A DNA stretch of 64,000 nt from Planctomycetales bacterium (GTDB taxonomy: Bacteria; 4484-113): assembly GCA_037441675.1 (NCBI GenBank), contig JBBIRS010000002.1, positions 167,249 to 231,248 on the forward strand, given 5' to 3'. The translations under genes and the position numbers were made by a program. Shown one piece after another: positions 31,558 to 42,625 of this stretch. Each line of letters opens with the position of its first letter. The stretch's first letter is position 1. A model generated the notes under the pieces. The model saw nothing but the letters and a program-made list of their open reading frames with translations, searched no databases and was not told where the DNA came from.

Positions 31558-34500
31558 TCACGGTAAATTCTTGATAATCAGGACATCCTGCCCGCCACCT
31601 CCATCATCTTCAACACCAACCGGATTCGTCTCACTGCCACTAACTGTTCCGGTTGTACCGTTGGGGTCTGTTATGTCAGCTGTTGCATCCAACAAGTTTT
31701 CCGCAGGAATGTTTTCCTGAAGTGTTACATCTGCCCAAGTTCCGCTGTTGTTGGCGCCATAGCCGGTGATATATATATTGCCATTGCCATCAATGTGAGT
31801 GTCAACTCCAGACTCGTTAGCCAATGTGCCCCAGGTTTTGGCTAACACCAAATTGCCGCTTTCATCCGATACTAGGAAGAAAAGCTCATAGTCACCAGTA
31901 AAGCTGTTACTTTGACCAGCGAGGTAAATATTCCCGCTAGTATCCGAAGAAACGCTTTCAGCAAGATCTTCGCCCGACTCGCCCCAAACCTTCTGCCAAA
32001 TAATATTGCCGTTGGGGTCGATACTTATTAGGACAGCATCATTACCCCCTGCGCCGAAACTATTTGTTACACCTGAAATGTAGATATTACCAGAGCTACT
32101 TAAAGACACTCCTGTTCCCCTTTCCTGGGAAGTTCCACCCCATGTTTTAGCCCAAATAATGTTGCCAGATGTGTCTAGCTTAATTACAAGAATTGAAGAA
32201 CCACCAATACCGATAGATTGCGTCCCAACTGCGTATAAATATCCGTCATTTGATAACACTATATCGTCTATTTCCTCAACTATGAGTGGGCTTCCCCACT
32301 CAGTTTCCCACCGAACTGCGCCGGTGGAGTCATAGCTAAGCACGAGGGCATCTATTACTCCAAGTCCAAAGGTTACAGTCCCACCTATATAAAGATTACC
32401 CGATGTATCACTCTTAACACAACGGAATGAATCCGCAAATCCTGCGCTCCAAGTTTTTGCGAAGTCAAAATTTCCATCAAGGTCATATTTCATTAGCAGA
32501 GCTTGCTGTCCAGGAACGTCACCGCTTTGCGTTTGCCCGACCAGGTAGAGCCATGAGGAACCTACAATACTTCCACCTAAAACCTGGTCCAAGAAGTTTC
32601 CACCCCATGTTTTCGCCAATTGAAGAACGCCACTTCCGTCATACTTTAGAATGAGCACATCACCACCGTTTCCAAAGCTTGTCGTGTTTCCAAAAATGAA
32701 AATGTTATCAGACTGGTCAACAGCAACTTGAACTGCACTCTCATCCGCTAATCCTCCCCAGGAACGAACAACTGATGCCGGCGTCGCAACAAAATCTTGC
32801 CCAGTTACGTCTGTCCCAGATACATCTACCGATCTGGAAACTGGCTCAAAAGTGTAGCCACCCTTGGATGGCGTTAGCGTATAGCTTCCATTGGGAACGG
32901 TGAAAATGGTGTAACTACCATTCACGCCTGTAACTGCAAAATACCCCCCAGGCTCAAGAGACATAATCACGCCTTGCACACCCACACCAACCTGATTCAC
33001 CACAGTTCCAGAAACATTGTATGTTGGTGGTGGAGGAGTGGTAACAGTTATTCGCCTTGAAGCGATGCTTGATAGCCCTTCAGCATCGGTCACGCGAACT
33101 CTAACGTCATAGATTCCCACAACGTTATACGTGTGTTGACTGGTAGGAGTTAAACCCGAGTTAAAATCCCAAACTCCGTCTCCCTCCCAGTCCCATTCAT
33201 AGCTAGCGATGTTACCGTCTGGGTCTGTGCTAGCGGAAGCATCAAAATTCACACTTAACGGCACATCGCCAATTTCAGGATTTGCGGAAAGTCTTGCAGT
33301 GGGAGGACGGTTTGGTGATTGCGCTACTGAGATAGTCACTGTGTCAGATGCCTGCAATCCTCCATTATCAAAAACTGTGACACTTGCGTTAAAGTCTCCG
33401 CCAACGTTGTACACAAAGGTTCTACGTGGGACGCCAGTCGTTGCGTCAACTGTGCCATCACCATCAAAATCCCACTCGTAAAGCACAATGATGCCATCTG
33501 GATCTCTACTTGTGCTTGCGTCGAAATCAACGCTAAGTGGTGTCGCACCGGAGAGAGGATTTGCGCTTAGACTAGCTATAGGTGGAATGTTGTCTCCACC
33601 GGGATTTATGGCTGTGATGGTCACTTGCGCTTGCGCCGAAGCTCCAAGATTGTCTACAACCGTTACTACTGCCCGAAATGTTCCTGCAGTGTTATAGGTG
33701 AAAGATGTTGTCGCATCCCCTGCGCTTCTATCCATCGTGCCATCTCCATTAAAATCCCATTGATATAGAATTATCTGACCATCAGAATCACTACTGCCTG
33801 ATGCGTCAAAATCAACTGTTAATGGAACATTTCCGCTGGTAGGATTGGCATTTAATGATGCAGTTGGAGCCTGATTTAGTTCAATAATGTTAGATAAATC
33901 GCCTAAGTTATCACTATCATCGTAAGCTCTAACCGCGACAAACCGATATGGGAATGAGGCAAGTTCAAAGGAGAAAGTTTTAAGCTCACCGGGGGAAGGA
34001 GGGCTGAATTCAACTCGACCCACCTCCGTAAAGGCTTCTGGGGCATTCTCGTTTGCGCCTAAGACGATGTATCCTGCTACGCGGCTAAAAAAGCCACTCG
34101 CAATCGTTGCAACATCCCTTATATCAATGCTATCATCACCGTTGCCGTCAATTGCTTCATCCACTGCGTGTTCCCACTGCCCATCAACTTTTGCCTCAAA
34201 AAAGTGCTGCGTCAAAGGCGCAACGTCTGCAATGCTTACCACACCGTCCTGGTTATAATCCCCTCTATTCTTGTAACTCCAAGAGATAGAAATTGGATTA
34301 CCGCCAGAAAGACTCAAGTCATTAATGGCATTTTCGTTACCGGAAGGAACCTTGCCAACGAACTTAAAACCCTCTAATGAAGAACCGCTAGGAATGGTTT
34401 TGGTTCTTGCTTCAGCTTCTCCAAGCAACAAAGTTTCAAGCTCGCTCTTAATAATTGAAAAAAGAGCATCATCAACTTCAGGCGGTGCCTTTAGGGTTGA

Positions 34501-34695
34501 AAGTTCCGCCAATGCATCTTCAAGCAAAACTTCATCCTTAGAATCTAAAGCTGAAATAGGGCTTGTATTAACAGGGCTAGGCTTGCGAGAACTTCTACTC
34601 TCGCTCCCAGTAAAATCAATACCCCTTCCACCACAGGAGCTAATCGTGTAGATAATAAGAAAATACAAGATAGACCTTAAGCCTATCTTTTTCAT
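31558..34695 (-). CDS. Surface lipoprotein: dockerin-like/Fn3 module, 3 PKD domains, carboxypeptidase-regulatory-like domain, SBBP-like propeller
   Basis: Lipobox ISSCGG; WSYKNRGDYNQDGVVSIADVAPL; three YxWDxxGDG PKD units; repeated D.SGNIY..G / W.KTWG. Confidence 0.85.
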   Translation of the reverse strand: MKKIGLRSILYFLIIYTISSCGGRGIDFTGSESRSSRKPSPVNTSPISALDSKDEVLLEDALAELSTLKAPPEVDDALFSIIKSELETLLLGEAEARTKTIPSGSSLEGFKFVGKVPSGNENAINDLSLSGGNPISISWSYKNRGDYNQDGVVSIADVAPLTQHFFEAKVDGQWEHAVDEAIDGNGDDSIDIRDVATIASGFFSRVAGYIVLGANENAPEAFTEVGRVEFSPPSPGELKTFSFELASFPYRFVAVRAYDDSDNLGDLSNIIELNQAPTASLNANPTSGNVPLTVDFDASGSSDSDGQIILYQWDFNGDGTMDRSAGDATTSFTYNTAGTFRAVVTVVDNLGASAQAQVTITAINPGGDNIPPIASLSANPLSGATPLSVDFDASTSRDPDGIIVLYEWDFDGDGTVDATTGVPRRTFVYNVGGDFNASVTVFDNGGLQASDTVTISVAQSPNRPPTARLSANPEIGDVPLSVNFDASASTDPDGNIASYEWDWEGDGVWDFNSGLTPTSQHTYNVVGIYDVRVRVTDAEGLSSIASRRITVTTPPPPTYNVSGTVVNQVGVGVQGVIMSLEPGGYFAVTGVNGSYTIFTVPNGSYTLTPSKGGYTFEPVSRSVDVSGTDVTGQDFVATPASVVRSWGGLADESAVQVAVDQSDNIFIFGNTTSFGNGGDVLILKYDGSGVLQLAKTWGGNFLDQVLGGSIVGSSWLYLVGQTQSGDVPGQQALLMKYDLDGNFDFAKTWSAGFADSFRCVKSDTSGNLYIGGTVTFGLGVIDALVLSYDSTGAVRWETEWGSPLIVEEIDDIVLSNDGYLYAVGTQSIGIGGSSILVIKLDTSGNIIWAKTWGGTSQERGTGVSLSSSGNIYISGVTNSFGAGGNDAVLISIDPNGNIIWQKVWGESGEDLAESVSSDTSGNIYLAGQSNSFTGDYELFFLVSDESGNLVLAKTWGTLANESGVDTHIDGNGNIYITGYGANNSGTWADVTLQENIPAENLLDATADITDPNGTTGTVSGSETNPVGVEDDGGGGQDVLIIKNLP

Positions 34696-34806
34696 CCCTA
34701 AAAAACTTCTTCTCACCCAACAATTCTTATCCTTTCCGGCTATCATTAACATATTCTCTAAGTTTTCTAATTTTATTCAATTACATAAAGTAATAAGGCA
34801 GGATTA

Positions 34807-35856
34807 TTATTCCTTTTCTTCGGGTTTTGAAACAATTCCCTCAGTTTCAACCTGTATGGGACCTTTTCCTTTCTCCTTAATTGACTGCCATTCAATATAA
34901 GCAAGAATATCCGCAAGTTCCTGGTCGGTTAGTCTGTCAAGAGGGAAAAATGGCATTTTCCCATATTTTAGCGAAGGCTGAACATGCTGAGATTCAGAGT
35001 TCAGGGTCGGAACCTCTTCACTCTCTTCTGCGATACTCTCTACATTTTCAGTTCCACTCAGAATAGAGTCCTTGCCAGCAGATGAAGGTCTTTCTTGGTC
35101 AATTGGTCGCGATGAATTGTCACCAGCCTTAGAATTCAAGCCTTCATCAAGTGCAGACGCAGTAAGCTCAGATTTTACTCCTCTAACCTTTTTAAAAATG
35201 AATTTTAAGTCTGTCTCCTCATCAAAGTTTAGAACTGGCGCGGAACCATTCTCTCTGTGGCACAGAATACATGCGGACTGATACAGTTTTTCGCCTCTTC
35301 TCGCATCTCCTGCTTCCGAAGGGAATTGCTCCTGTTTTTCGATAACAACCGCGGGTGAGTGAGCTTCTGGACTAATGCTCTCCAAATAAGAAAAAAGCGC
35401 GGTCATATTCGGGTCATTCGCATCAAGGGGCTCAACTTCAAGCCAAGCAACTAAGCAGGTGTTGATAGCTCTTATTAATGCATCACCATTTTTGCCTTTG
35501 TAAGCGCCATTGAAGTAGCTTTCCCGAGAGAAGGAGTTCCAAAGAGAATGGGCAGGTCTTAGATAGCCATCTGTTAGCTCCTCCTCATCAAAATTTGCGT
35601 GGCAATAAATGCAAGCGTAAGCGGTATTTCCAAAGGAAGAGTAAAATAGGCGCTTCCCGTCAAGGACTACCTGCGCTTTGTTATCAGACTCAGCAAAAGT
35701 TTCACTTGGTTGACTTGCATCTGAGGGGGAATGAACTTGCTCAGGCACATCAGCGCTTGCGGATAATGTTTGTTTAAGAAGCCCTGGCGCGCTAAAGCGT
35801 ATGACAAACACCGCAATGGCAACTAATAACAAGAGTAGTCTATGTCTTCTTGCCAA
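34807..35856 (-). CDS. Periplasmic diheme cytochrome c, TsdA/SoxA-like
   Basis: Signal peptide; CIYCH and CILCH; AINTC and MTALFSYL between hemes; GDARRGEKLY; MP..LTDQELADILAYI. Confidence 0.7.
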   Translation of the reverse strand: MARRHRLLLLLVAIAVFVIRFSAPGLLKQTLSASADVPEQVHSPSDASQPSETFAESDNKAQVVLDGKRLFYSSFGNTAYACIYCHANFDEEELTDGYLRPAHSLWNSFSRESYFNGAYKGKNGDALIRAINTCLVAWLEVEPLDANDPNMTALFSYLESISPEAHSPAVVIEKQEQFPSEAGDARRGEKLYQSACILCHRENGSAPVLNFDEETDLKFIFKKVRGVKSELTASALDEGLNSKAGDNSSRPIDQERPSSAGKDSILSGTENVESIAEESEEVPTLNSESQHVQPSLKYGKMPFFPLDRLTDQELADILAYIEWQSIKEKGKGPIQVETEGIVSKPEEKE

Positions 35857-36024
35857 TTCTCATCTCCCACAATGAATTGTAACATAGGTAATGAAATAAT
35901 AGCGCAAATTTTTCTGATGAGATATTGTAAGGCTCTGCAAGGATGAATGAAGTTTGTAAAGGCTAGGTGAGGGAACCTGAGGATTGTAAGTATCAGGGAG
36001 AAATCACTCCGCTGGAAAGGTAGT

Positions 36025-36178
36025 GTAGGGCGACCACCTGTGGGTCGCGGTCGCCTCATTCAGACTGTAGGGCGGGGTTTTATACCCCGCCGAATTAGGA
36101 GTCATACAAGTTGACGCCCCGCCTATTGCGGGCAAGCTTAAAGGGAATCTCGGCGCGATACAAGTTCGCGCCCTGCAA
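36025..36178. repeat. Cluster of REP/REPIN-like palindromes
   Basis: GTAGGGCGACC..GGTCGCC; CTGTAGGGCGGGG..CCCCGCCG..GTCATACAAGTTGAC; GGCGCGATACAAGTTCGCGCCCTGCAA. Confidence 0.75.
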
Positions 36179-36200
36179 CTCTACCGACTGATGCTAACTC

Positions 36201-38824
36201 CTAATAGAAAATGGCAAACTTGAGATTACCGTTTGTATAGTCAGAGTAGCTAATTGCGGGATTTCCGTTAACTACCGCAAGTGAGGTGTACTCGCCCACA
36301 TCACCAGCGCTATCAACGGTAACGATGTGCCACGCCATGTTCACGGTTATTGGCACGTAGTCAGTATCTGTTGAGCCATCGTCGTCGGTGATGCGGACGG
36401 TGGCGTTGTAGGTTCCACCGCTGTTGTAAGTGAATTGGACTGTGGAGTCGATGCCTGAATCGTAGTCGTAAGTCCCATCACCGTTCCAATCCCATTCAAA
36501 CTTGGTGATGCTTCCACCGTCGGGGTCGTAACTTCCCGAAGCGTCAAAGTTTACCGTCAGGGGAGCATCACCAACCGTTGGACTGGCGGAAACAGACGCG
36601 ATGGGTGGTTGATTCGTGGCGTAACCAGTATCAGGTGAGCTCCTCGGTCCTTCCCCGTCAGGCACTAGAGCTGAGACTTCATAGATAAAGGTAACGTCAT
36701 TGGTTACTGTATCGTTGAAAATAGTTGTGGGCGCAGAAACTGTCCCACGCTCCGAACCATCGCGATAAATCTTGTATCCGCTTGCCTGAGGAACCGCCTG
36801 CCAGCTGACAGTGATTATCTTGCTCTGGGTTCCATCGGATGCGGAGACGCCCCGCGGGACGCCAATCGCCCGCCAACCCTCCGCACCAGAGCTTCTCTCG
36901 CTTCGCTCACTATCAGGTCCCGAATGAAGCGCTTCTACAAAGTAGAAGTAGTGAACACCACTAGTTCCACTCCAGCCCGCGGTGGTGTCATCATAGCTAT
37001 TGCTTGGCGCTGGAACTTCAGTAATCTTTACCGCATCGCTTCCATTTGCGAGGCTTTCCCGGTAAATCCAATACCGAGTCGCATTATTCACCGCATTCCA
37101 GCTCACTCGGACATTCAGCGCATCAGTCCCCTGAGTAGCAGTAACTCCAGTTGGAGTTGAAAGACTGCGATGCCCATAATCTCCCATTCCTCGTGGCTGT
37201 TCAACTCCAGAAATAACCGCCGAGACTGAGTAAAACCTTGGCGTATTCCATGGAGCGGTGGTATCGGAGAAGGTTCGTGTCGGTGCATCTACCTCGCCGA
37301 TATTCTCAGGGCTCGCATCATTCTCATCAAGTCCGCGGTAAATAATGTACCTTTCCGCCAAAGGCTCCTCGCCCCAGGTTAGCTCAACTCTATCAGGAAA
37401 TGTCCCATCACTAGCGATAACCTGACCCTGCCCGAGACTCGACCTCATTCCCTTAGCAGGCTGGCTGAGTGGACTGTCAATGTCCTCGCCAATCGCCTGC
37501 ACAAAATACCACATCGGAACGCCAAACGGTGGCTCCGTATCAGCATAACTTGTATCAGCGGAGGGAAGCTCAACTATGAGCTGAGGCTCGTCTGTCTCGC
37601 TTTCCGCTCGATAAAGCCGATATCCAGTCGCACCCTCAACCGTACTCCATTGAACGAGGATTAAATCCTCATATGTTCCATCAGAAGCACTGACACTAGG
37701 CACCGCAAGCAGGCGCGTTCCCAAAATGTTACTAATTCCACCAAAGCCCGCATCGTTCCTTGCGCGAACCCCATAACGATATGTCTTGCCCGGCGTCCCT
37801 GATGTGTCCTTATAGGTCACAGTCGGCGCATTGATTCCAGCAAGAAGTGTCGGCGAATCCTCTGTATCTGGGTCTGCCCGCAAAACTTGATAGAGAAATG
37901 TGTCAGGGTCAGGGTTGTTATCCCAAGAGAGAGACACGCCCGAAGTATCCTCGCTAACCAGCAAGCCGGTAACAATCGCGGGCTCGGTTCTATACCGATA
38001 GCAACATCCGTTATCACCGCCTCAACGGTCACGCCACCTGGGTCCTCCTCCGCCTGAAAAACTCTGCGAAGTAAAGACCCAGACTTAGGAACAATCGAAA
38101 ATTCCGCCACAATTCCATCGGGAGTCATCGCTGAAGTCATCCTTGCGCTACCCTCATTCACCGCAAGAACAGTAATGTAATAGCGATTTCCAAAAGACTT
38201 GAATCGGGTTTTCAGGGTTTCCGACCTCACTTGAATTAGCACATCAACATCGGTAAATGGTCCAAACCATCGCCAAGAACCAACGGAGTAATCCGCCAGT
38301 CCCACAAAATACGCAAGCGGAACATCCTCATCCCGCCCGCCTCCATACCTCGCCTCCAGCGTGTCAATCAGCGTTCGCAAAGGTTTCGGCTCAGCTCCAA
38401 TATCCTGCCCATACATCACATAGGAATACTCCCCAACCTCGTATGCCCGCAGGCTCACCCTCGTCCCTTCAACCTCTATCGCATATTCACGCTCGCTCGT
38501 CGTTCCAGTTCCGCCGGAAAGAATATCCGAGCCAAGGGTCATCACCTGCATTCCTTGAGACACGTTTCTCACCTTGTCCGAAAAGAGAGAATCAAGAGAA
38601 AGCACATCAGGCAGAGGTCCTGAGGAAGGTTTTTCTTGGGAAGCTGGCGGACTTGCGTTGCCCGCGCCAGCAGGCGTAAGCTAGAGTGCGGTAGGTCCTT
38701 TCCCTCCACCTCCCCCACAAGTGCTAGTTACTAGCGTAGTAAAAAGCAGACAAGTCAATAAACTAAAAGCCCTTCTTAATCCCGCCAATTCATAGCCAAC
38801 TTTCCATTCTGTTTCAATCCTCAT
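36201..38824 (-). pseudogene. Interrupted surface lipoprotein (Fn3 repeats, PKD, single propeller repeat)
   Basis: ATG 38824 gives a lipobox (..TSTCGGGG) then an in-frame TAG at 38681-83. The frame continues into ORF 37817..38605 and shifts near 37975-37990 into ORF 36201..37964 (repeated ASDGT..W..Y.IYR). Confidence 0.75.
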
Positions 38825-38839
38825 TTGTCATCATTCTCC

Positions 38840-39929
38840 TCACTGAGGCAACTCCTGCCTCACTCTAAAGTAAAGCTTATTTGATTCAATGGGCGCAACC
38901 GCACCTTTCTTGGCAATTATCCAGAAATCTCCCGCGAGCGCATTGTCAACCGTTAGTGCTCGAGGAACAGCCGCGGAAAAAGTCAAAAATGCAGGCGGAA
39001 AATTCTCAAAGAACACGTCCGCGCTAACATCATTTCCCAGCGGGTCCTCCACGATAAGGTTATATGTAGAACTAACTTCTACGACTAAGGGGTCCTCATT
39101 TGTGCCAGTTCCACCAAGTGGAGGTGTGGCTTGTCGGTCGACGCGCAGGCTAAGTGGTGTGGTGAAAAAGCGGACGAGTTTGCTTTCGTCGCCATACTCG
39201 TTCTCAGCTGAATAGGGCCGAACGCGGTAAATCCCCATCTCAACTGGTTCGGTAAGTTCGTAGGAAAAAGCCTTCCAGCCCGAGCCTTCCTTGTCAAAGG
39301 ATGAAGTAATGGGAATTCTTGTTACTTCCTGCCACGAAAGTGCCTCATCAGACGAAACTTCAATAACATATCCGGTAACTTTGGAAAAGAAATTCACCGC
39401 AAGAGGTTGAACGTCCTGAATATTGATGACGACATCCATGTTGCCATCAATCACTATATCTAACTCATCCGTGGACGTTCCACCAAGCGCTTCGGAAGTG
39501 TGCCGAAAATGTAGCGCCAGTGGACGAACATCCTGAATGTCTACTCTGCCGTCCTGATTGTAATCACCGATGTTCTTGTAGCGCCATTCAAGTTGAAAAG
39601 TGCCTTCTACGTTAACAACAGCCAAATCTTCAACTTTATTCTGGGCACCGAGTGGAACGCGCGAAGAAAATTTTGATTCCCCAGATAAGATCAGTGCATC
39701 TTGAAGTGCTAACTGAATGTGTGCGAATTCGGAAGATTCAACATTTTCTGGAGAGGTCAGCGCCCATATTTCGTTAATAGCAGCAGAAAGCGCTATATCA
39801 TCGGGCGAATTAGTTTGCATATTAGGGTCTGGGATTAAAGGTTCTTTAAGTGAACCCCTGAACCTGTCATCGCCACCTCCACAGGAAAAAAAGGAGAACT
39901 ACCCCAATAAAAAGTAAAATCATTCTCAT
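38840..39929 (-). pseudogene. Dockerin-like/Fn3 module lipoprotein; signal peptide out of frame at a T7 tract
   Basis: GGAGG RBS and ATG 39929. Removing one T from 39886-39892 gives MRMILLFIGVVLLFSCGGG in frame with ORF 38840..39820 (WRYKNIGDYNQDGRVDIQDVRPLA). Confidence 0.75.
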
Positions 39930-40106
39930 TTCTCCGCCTCCCTAAAAGGTTACTGGCGCCCCGTTGACTTAATTATTATAACATGTAATTAATAATTAGC
40001 AATTTTATGAGAATTTTATTCATTACGAGAGAACCTAAGTTTCGGCGTGAGGAACACTTGAAACGGTAAAAAATCAAGCAAAGGCAATAATCGGTATAAT
40101 TTGTTA

Positions 40107-40559
40107 ATGACCGAGATGAGGATAAACTCAACTGCATTTCAAGATGGGGAAATGATACCCGCTAGATACACTGCGGATGGTGAGGATGTCAACCCGCCTC
40201 TGGAAATAACAGGCGTTCCTGATGATGCAAAGAGCCTTGTTCTCATTATGGATGACCCGGATGCGCCGGTGGGAGTTTGGGACCACTGGATTGTTTTCAA
40301 CATTTCACCAAGTATTGGCGAGATTTCTGAAAACTCAACACCAGAAGGTGGACTTCTCGGCAGAAACAGCTGGGGAAGGACAAGCTACGGCGGTCCCGCT
40401 CCGCCCTCAGGCGTCCATCGGTACTTCTTCAAGCTCTACGCTTTGGACACGACGCTTAATTTGTCCGCTGGTGCCACAAAGGCACAAATTGAATCCGCAA
40501 TGAAGGGTCACATCCTCGAGGAAGCTCAACTGATGGGCAAATACACGCGGAGAAGGTAG
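40107..40559 (+). CDS. YbhB/YbcL (PEBP) family protein
   Basis: DGEDVNPPL, IMDDPDAP, WDHW, YGGPAPPSGVHRYFFKLYALD. Confidence 0.93.
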   Translation: MTEMRINSTAFQDGEMIPARYTADGEDVNPPLEITGVPDDAKSLVLIMDDPDAPVGVWDHWIVFNISPSIGEISENSTPEGGLLGRNSWGRTSYGGPAPPSGVHRYFFKLYALDTTLNLSAGATKAQIESAMKGHILEEAQLMGKYTRRR

Positions 40560-40648
40560 ATTGGTATCTTACTATCAGCTTTATTCTTATCCCTCCCTGG
40601 AAGAACAGATGTAGACTCGGGCTCCCAATGAATACTATAATCTGATTT

Positions 40649-41647
40649 ATGATCATTGCGATAACGGGAACGAATGCGGCGGGTAAGGATACCGCGGCGG
40701 AATATCTTGTGAAGAAGGGCTTTACCCACTTTTCGCTCTCGGATGAGCTAAGAGAAATAGCGCGGGAGCGTGGGCTTGAACCGACACGGGAAAATCTCAT
40801 CGCCCTGGGAAACGAGCTTAGGAGGCTTTATGGGACTTCATTTCTCACTAAGCGCATTCTGGAAAAGGCAAGCGGGACAACCCATATTGTCCTTTCCAGT
40901 GTGAGAAACCCTGGCGAGCTTGAGCCTGTAAAGAATACTGATGGCTTCCGCCTTATCGCTATTGATGCTCCCTCACAAGTTCGCTACGAGCGCGCAAAGG
41001 CGCGTGGTAGAATTAGCGAAAATGTAAGCCTTGAAAGTTTCATCCAGATGGATGCGGAAGAGATGCACGGAGGAGACACTGAACAAAATCTCGCAAGACT
41101 GATTGACATTGCGGATTTCAAGATAGTGAATGATGGAAGTTTTAATGAGCTTTACAAAAAGCTTGATGACGCTGTTGGTCCTCTTGCTAAGCCAAAGCGC
41201 GCCAGTTGGGATGAATACTTCATGAACATCGCCAAGCAGGTCGCCACACGCTCCACCTGTGATAGAAAACGCTGCGGTGCGGTTATAGTTAGGGATAGAG
41301 TCATTCTTTCCACGGGGTATAACGGTAGCATTATCGGACTTCCCCATTGCGATGACGTGGGACATATGATTGAAAACGGGCATTGCGTGAGAACTGTTCA
41401 CGCCGAGATGAACGCAGTCGCGCAGGCAGCTAAGAATGGCGTTAATATCAACGGATCAACCATTTACATTACTGCCAGCCCTTGCTGGATTTGCTTCAAG
41501 CTCCTCTGTAACGCTGGTATCAAGCGCATCTGCTATGGCGAATTTTACAGAGATGATCGCATCTTTGAGGCAGCAAGGCAGGCAGGCGTGGAACTTGTGG
41601 ATTTGTCACACACTCTCGCGGCAAACGAAAAAAAACTCAATCACTAA
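40649..41647 (+). CDS. Fusion of P-loop NMP/dephospho-CoA kinase-like domain and dCMP deaminase
   Basis: ITGTNAAGKDT; WDEYFM..RSTC..GYNG..HAEMNA..PCWIC. Confidence 0.88.
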   Translation: MIIAITGTNAAGKDTAAEYLVKKGFTHFSLSDELREIARERGLEPTRENLIALGNELRRLYGTSFLTKRILEKASGTTHIVLSSVRNPGELEPVKNTDGFRLIAIDAPSQVRYERAKARGRISENVSLESFIQMDAEEMHGGDTEQNLARLIDIADFKIVNDGSFNELYKKLDDAVGPLAKPKRASWDEYFMNIAKQVATRSTCDRKRCGAVIVRDRVILSTGYNGSIIGLPHCDDVGHMIENGHCVRTVHAEMNAVAQAAKNGVNINGSTIYITASPCWICFKLLCNAGIKRICYGEFYRDDRIFEAARQAGVELVDLSHTLAANEKKLNH

Positions 41648-41649
41648 AG

Positions 41650-42396
41650 CTATGTATCTTCACCCTTATACCCGGAGAAGGATTCAACCTTTATATCCTG
41701 CGGCGAAATGCCCATTCCAAAAAGAAGCTTCATCATAGATCGAACCATATCCGGAGTTCCGCAGATGTAGAATATTGTTCTCCTGATATCCGAGATGTGC
41801 TCGTAAATTAAACTTTCGTCAATTCTTCCTACCCTTCCTCTCCAATGTGAGCTTGCTCCTTCCGGGCGAGTTATTGTAAATATTGCCTTGAAATCTAGAA
41901 TTTTGTCACAGAATTCATCCCAATCTTTCTTGTAAAGAATTTCTTCCGGGGTTCGGGCGGAATATAGTAATGTAACTTTGTATGGCAGAGAGTTGTCCGC
42001 GATATACTTTAGCATTCCCCTATATGGTGTGACTCCAATCCCACCGGCAATAAAGATGAGTGGATGGCTCGTTTCATCTGGCAAGGTGAAATCGCCGTGG
42101 GGACCTTCTCCCAAAATTTTCTCGCCAGCGCTGAGTGAATTTATGCGACTTTTGAACTCGCTCCCTGTAAGCATTCTCATCGTGAAAAGAAGATAATTTT
42201 CTGTTGGAGAAGATGCGATAGAAAATTCCCTTGATAATGAATCAGTCCCAAATGGTTCTAATAAAATTTTAAGCACTTGACCTGGCTTGTAGGTAAATAA
42301 ATTATCAGAAAATGAAAAGTAGAACGACTTAATGTCTTTCGTTTCAGAAACTGATCTAAGAAATGTGAGTTCATGTTTTGCTAGCCCACTACTCAT
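41650..42396 (-). CDS. FAD/NAD(P)-binding oxidoreductase (FNR-like)
   Basis: PGQ, REFSIASSP, GPHGDF, IAGGIGVTPY, YICGTPDM, terminal ESFSGY. Confidence 0.9.
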   Translation of the reverse strand: MSSGLAKHELTFLRSVSETKDIKSFYFSFSDNLFTYKPGQVLKILLEPFGTDSLSREFSIASSPTENYLLFTMRMLTGSEFKSRINSLSAGEKILGEGPHGDFTLPDETSHPLIFIAGGIGVTPYRGMLKYIADNSLPYKVTLLYSARTPEEILYKKDWDEFCDKILDFKAIFTITRPEGASSHWRGRVGRIDESLIYEHISDIRRTIFYICGTPDMVRSMMKLLFGMGISPQDIKVESFSGYKGEDT

Positions 42397-42625
42397 AAAT
42401 ATAACTATCTGAAAGATAAGGAAACATTATTTCACAACTTAACTTTTTTTCAGAAAATACAATATTCATTAGGATGGAATTATATTTATTAGGATTGTTC
42501 TTCCTATTATCGTATACCTATCAAGGGCAATGTGGCTTTCACTTTTGAACCAAGCAGCGATTAGCATTTCTTAGGCTTTTATAGCCCTTGAATAAAAGTC
42601 AAAAGTGTAAAATAATCAGAAAAGG

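Noticed and set aside
36100..36350. Diversity-generating retroelement target region
   Set aside because: No reverse transcriptase or adenine-mismatched template repeat seen; the hairpins belong to the REP-like family.
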